From contig NC_088803.1 of the NCBI RefSeq assembly GCF_011386835.1, positions 124,001 to 188,000 of the forward strand: a stretch of 64,000 bases of DNA, in the 5' to 3' direction. Shown here one piece after another: positions 63,365 through 64,000 of this stretch. The stretch is from Chrysemys picta bellii (lineage: Eukaryota). The translations under genes and the position numbers were made by a program. The number at the start of each line of letters is the position of its first letter. Within the stretch, counting starts at the first letter, position 1. The notes beneath the pieces were generated by a model. The model worked only from the letters and a program-made list of their open reading frames with translations, had not been told where the DNA came from and did not search any database.

Positions 63365-63930
63365 ATCCATGGGTCTGACACACGCCTGTTGCAACATGTG
63401 ATGTACCTCATCCAGTGCACTAAATGCCCCAGTAACAAGTACGTGGCTCAAACCAGATGCTCACTACGCTCTCACAGCCCCTCACATGGAACAAAAGATA
63501 AAAACACCCTGCCTGCCCTGGGCAGACGCTTGTAACGAAGTGATCACTCCATATCTGACCTCTCGGGGCTCGTCCGCGAAGGAACCTGCACAGCACCTGC
63601 AAAAGACAAGCTAGAGAGCTTAAATTCATGACTTTGTTACACACCAATAATCATGGTCTTAATAAAGGCACCATCTTTATGGCTTGTTACACCAATCTGA
63701 ACCCCACTAACCCCTCTTTTTCGTCCTATGACTGCAAGGGTGTTAACAGGCTACTTCACCTCGCATGGGCTCAGAATATGTTAATTACTGGGGCTAAACC
63801 ATCTGTTCTACCTTCTGTTTCGCTGTGAGATGCTGACCAGAAGACGAGCTCTGTGTAGTGCGAAAGCTTTTCTCTGGCACCAAGAGGAGCTGGTCCAATC
63901 AAAGTTATTACCTTACTCACCTTCTCTCTC
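63365..63930 (+). mobile_element. Penelope-like element 3' fragment (GIY-YIG endonuclease C-terminus and 3' UTR with decayed hammerhead)
   Basis: IHGSDT...VMYLIQCTKCPSNKYVAQTR and RQARELKFMTLLHTNNHGLNK; CAGAAGA...GAAA at 63838-63865. Confidence 0.8.
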
Positions 63931-64000
63931 TCTCCCAATGCACAACCCTCAGCCTCCCCATCCATTCTCACACACAGCCATCTATCCAGCTCTCACTCAT

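Overview
This is vertebrate (eukaryotic) genomic DNA, GC-rich and repeat-dense, most likely from a turtle: the CR1, Penelope and hAT repeats resemble turtle families, but the species cannot be determined. It carries the conserved block (CHD8 5' end, inferred from synteny) - RAB2B(-) - TOX4(+) - METTL3(-) - SALL2(-), followed by a nested transposon cluster. I resolved all coding exons by hand: RAB2B 8, TOX4 9, METTL3 11, SALL2 3 plus a candidate alternative first exon. METTL3 has two apparent single-base frameshifts and SALL2 one, each at a G/C homopolymer and probably assembly errors. Large tandem arrays include ~12 kb in SALL2 intron 1 and ~4 kb of a 53-bp CCAAT-palindrome unit upstream of SALL2. 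Smaller degenerate tandem repeats multiply ETS, YY1 and CTCF motifs at promoters and gene boundaries. The last 13 kb hold CR1 LINEs, hAT MITEs with 8-bp TSDs, a Penelope fragment and a full-length Gmr1-like Gypsy element (SCAN-like capsid, integrase upstream of RT) inserted in CR1 ORF1. All alignments to human or other proteins are from memory, not from a database search. Most long ORFs in the supplied track are artefacts of repeats.
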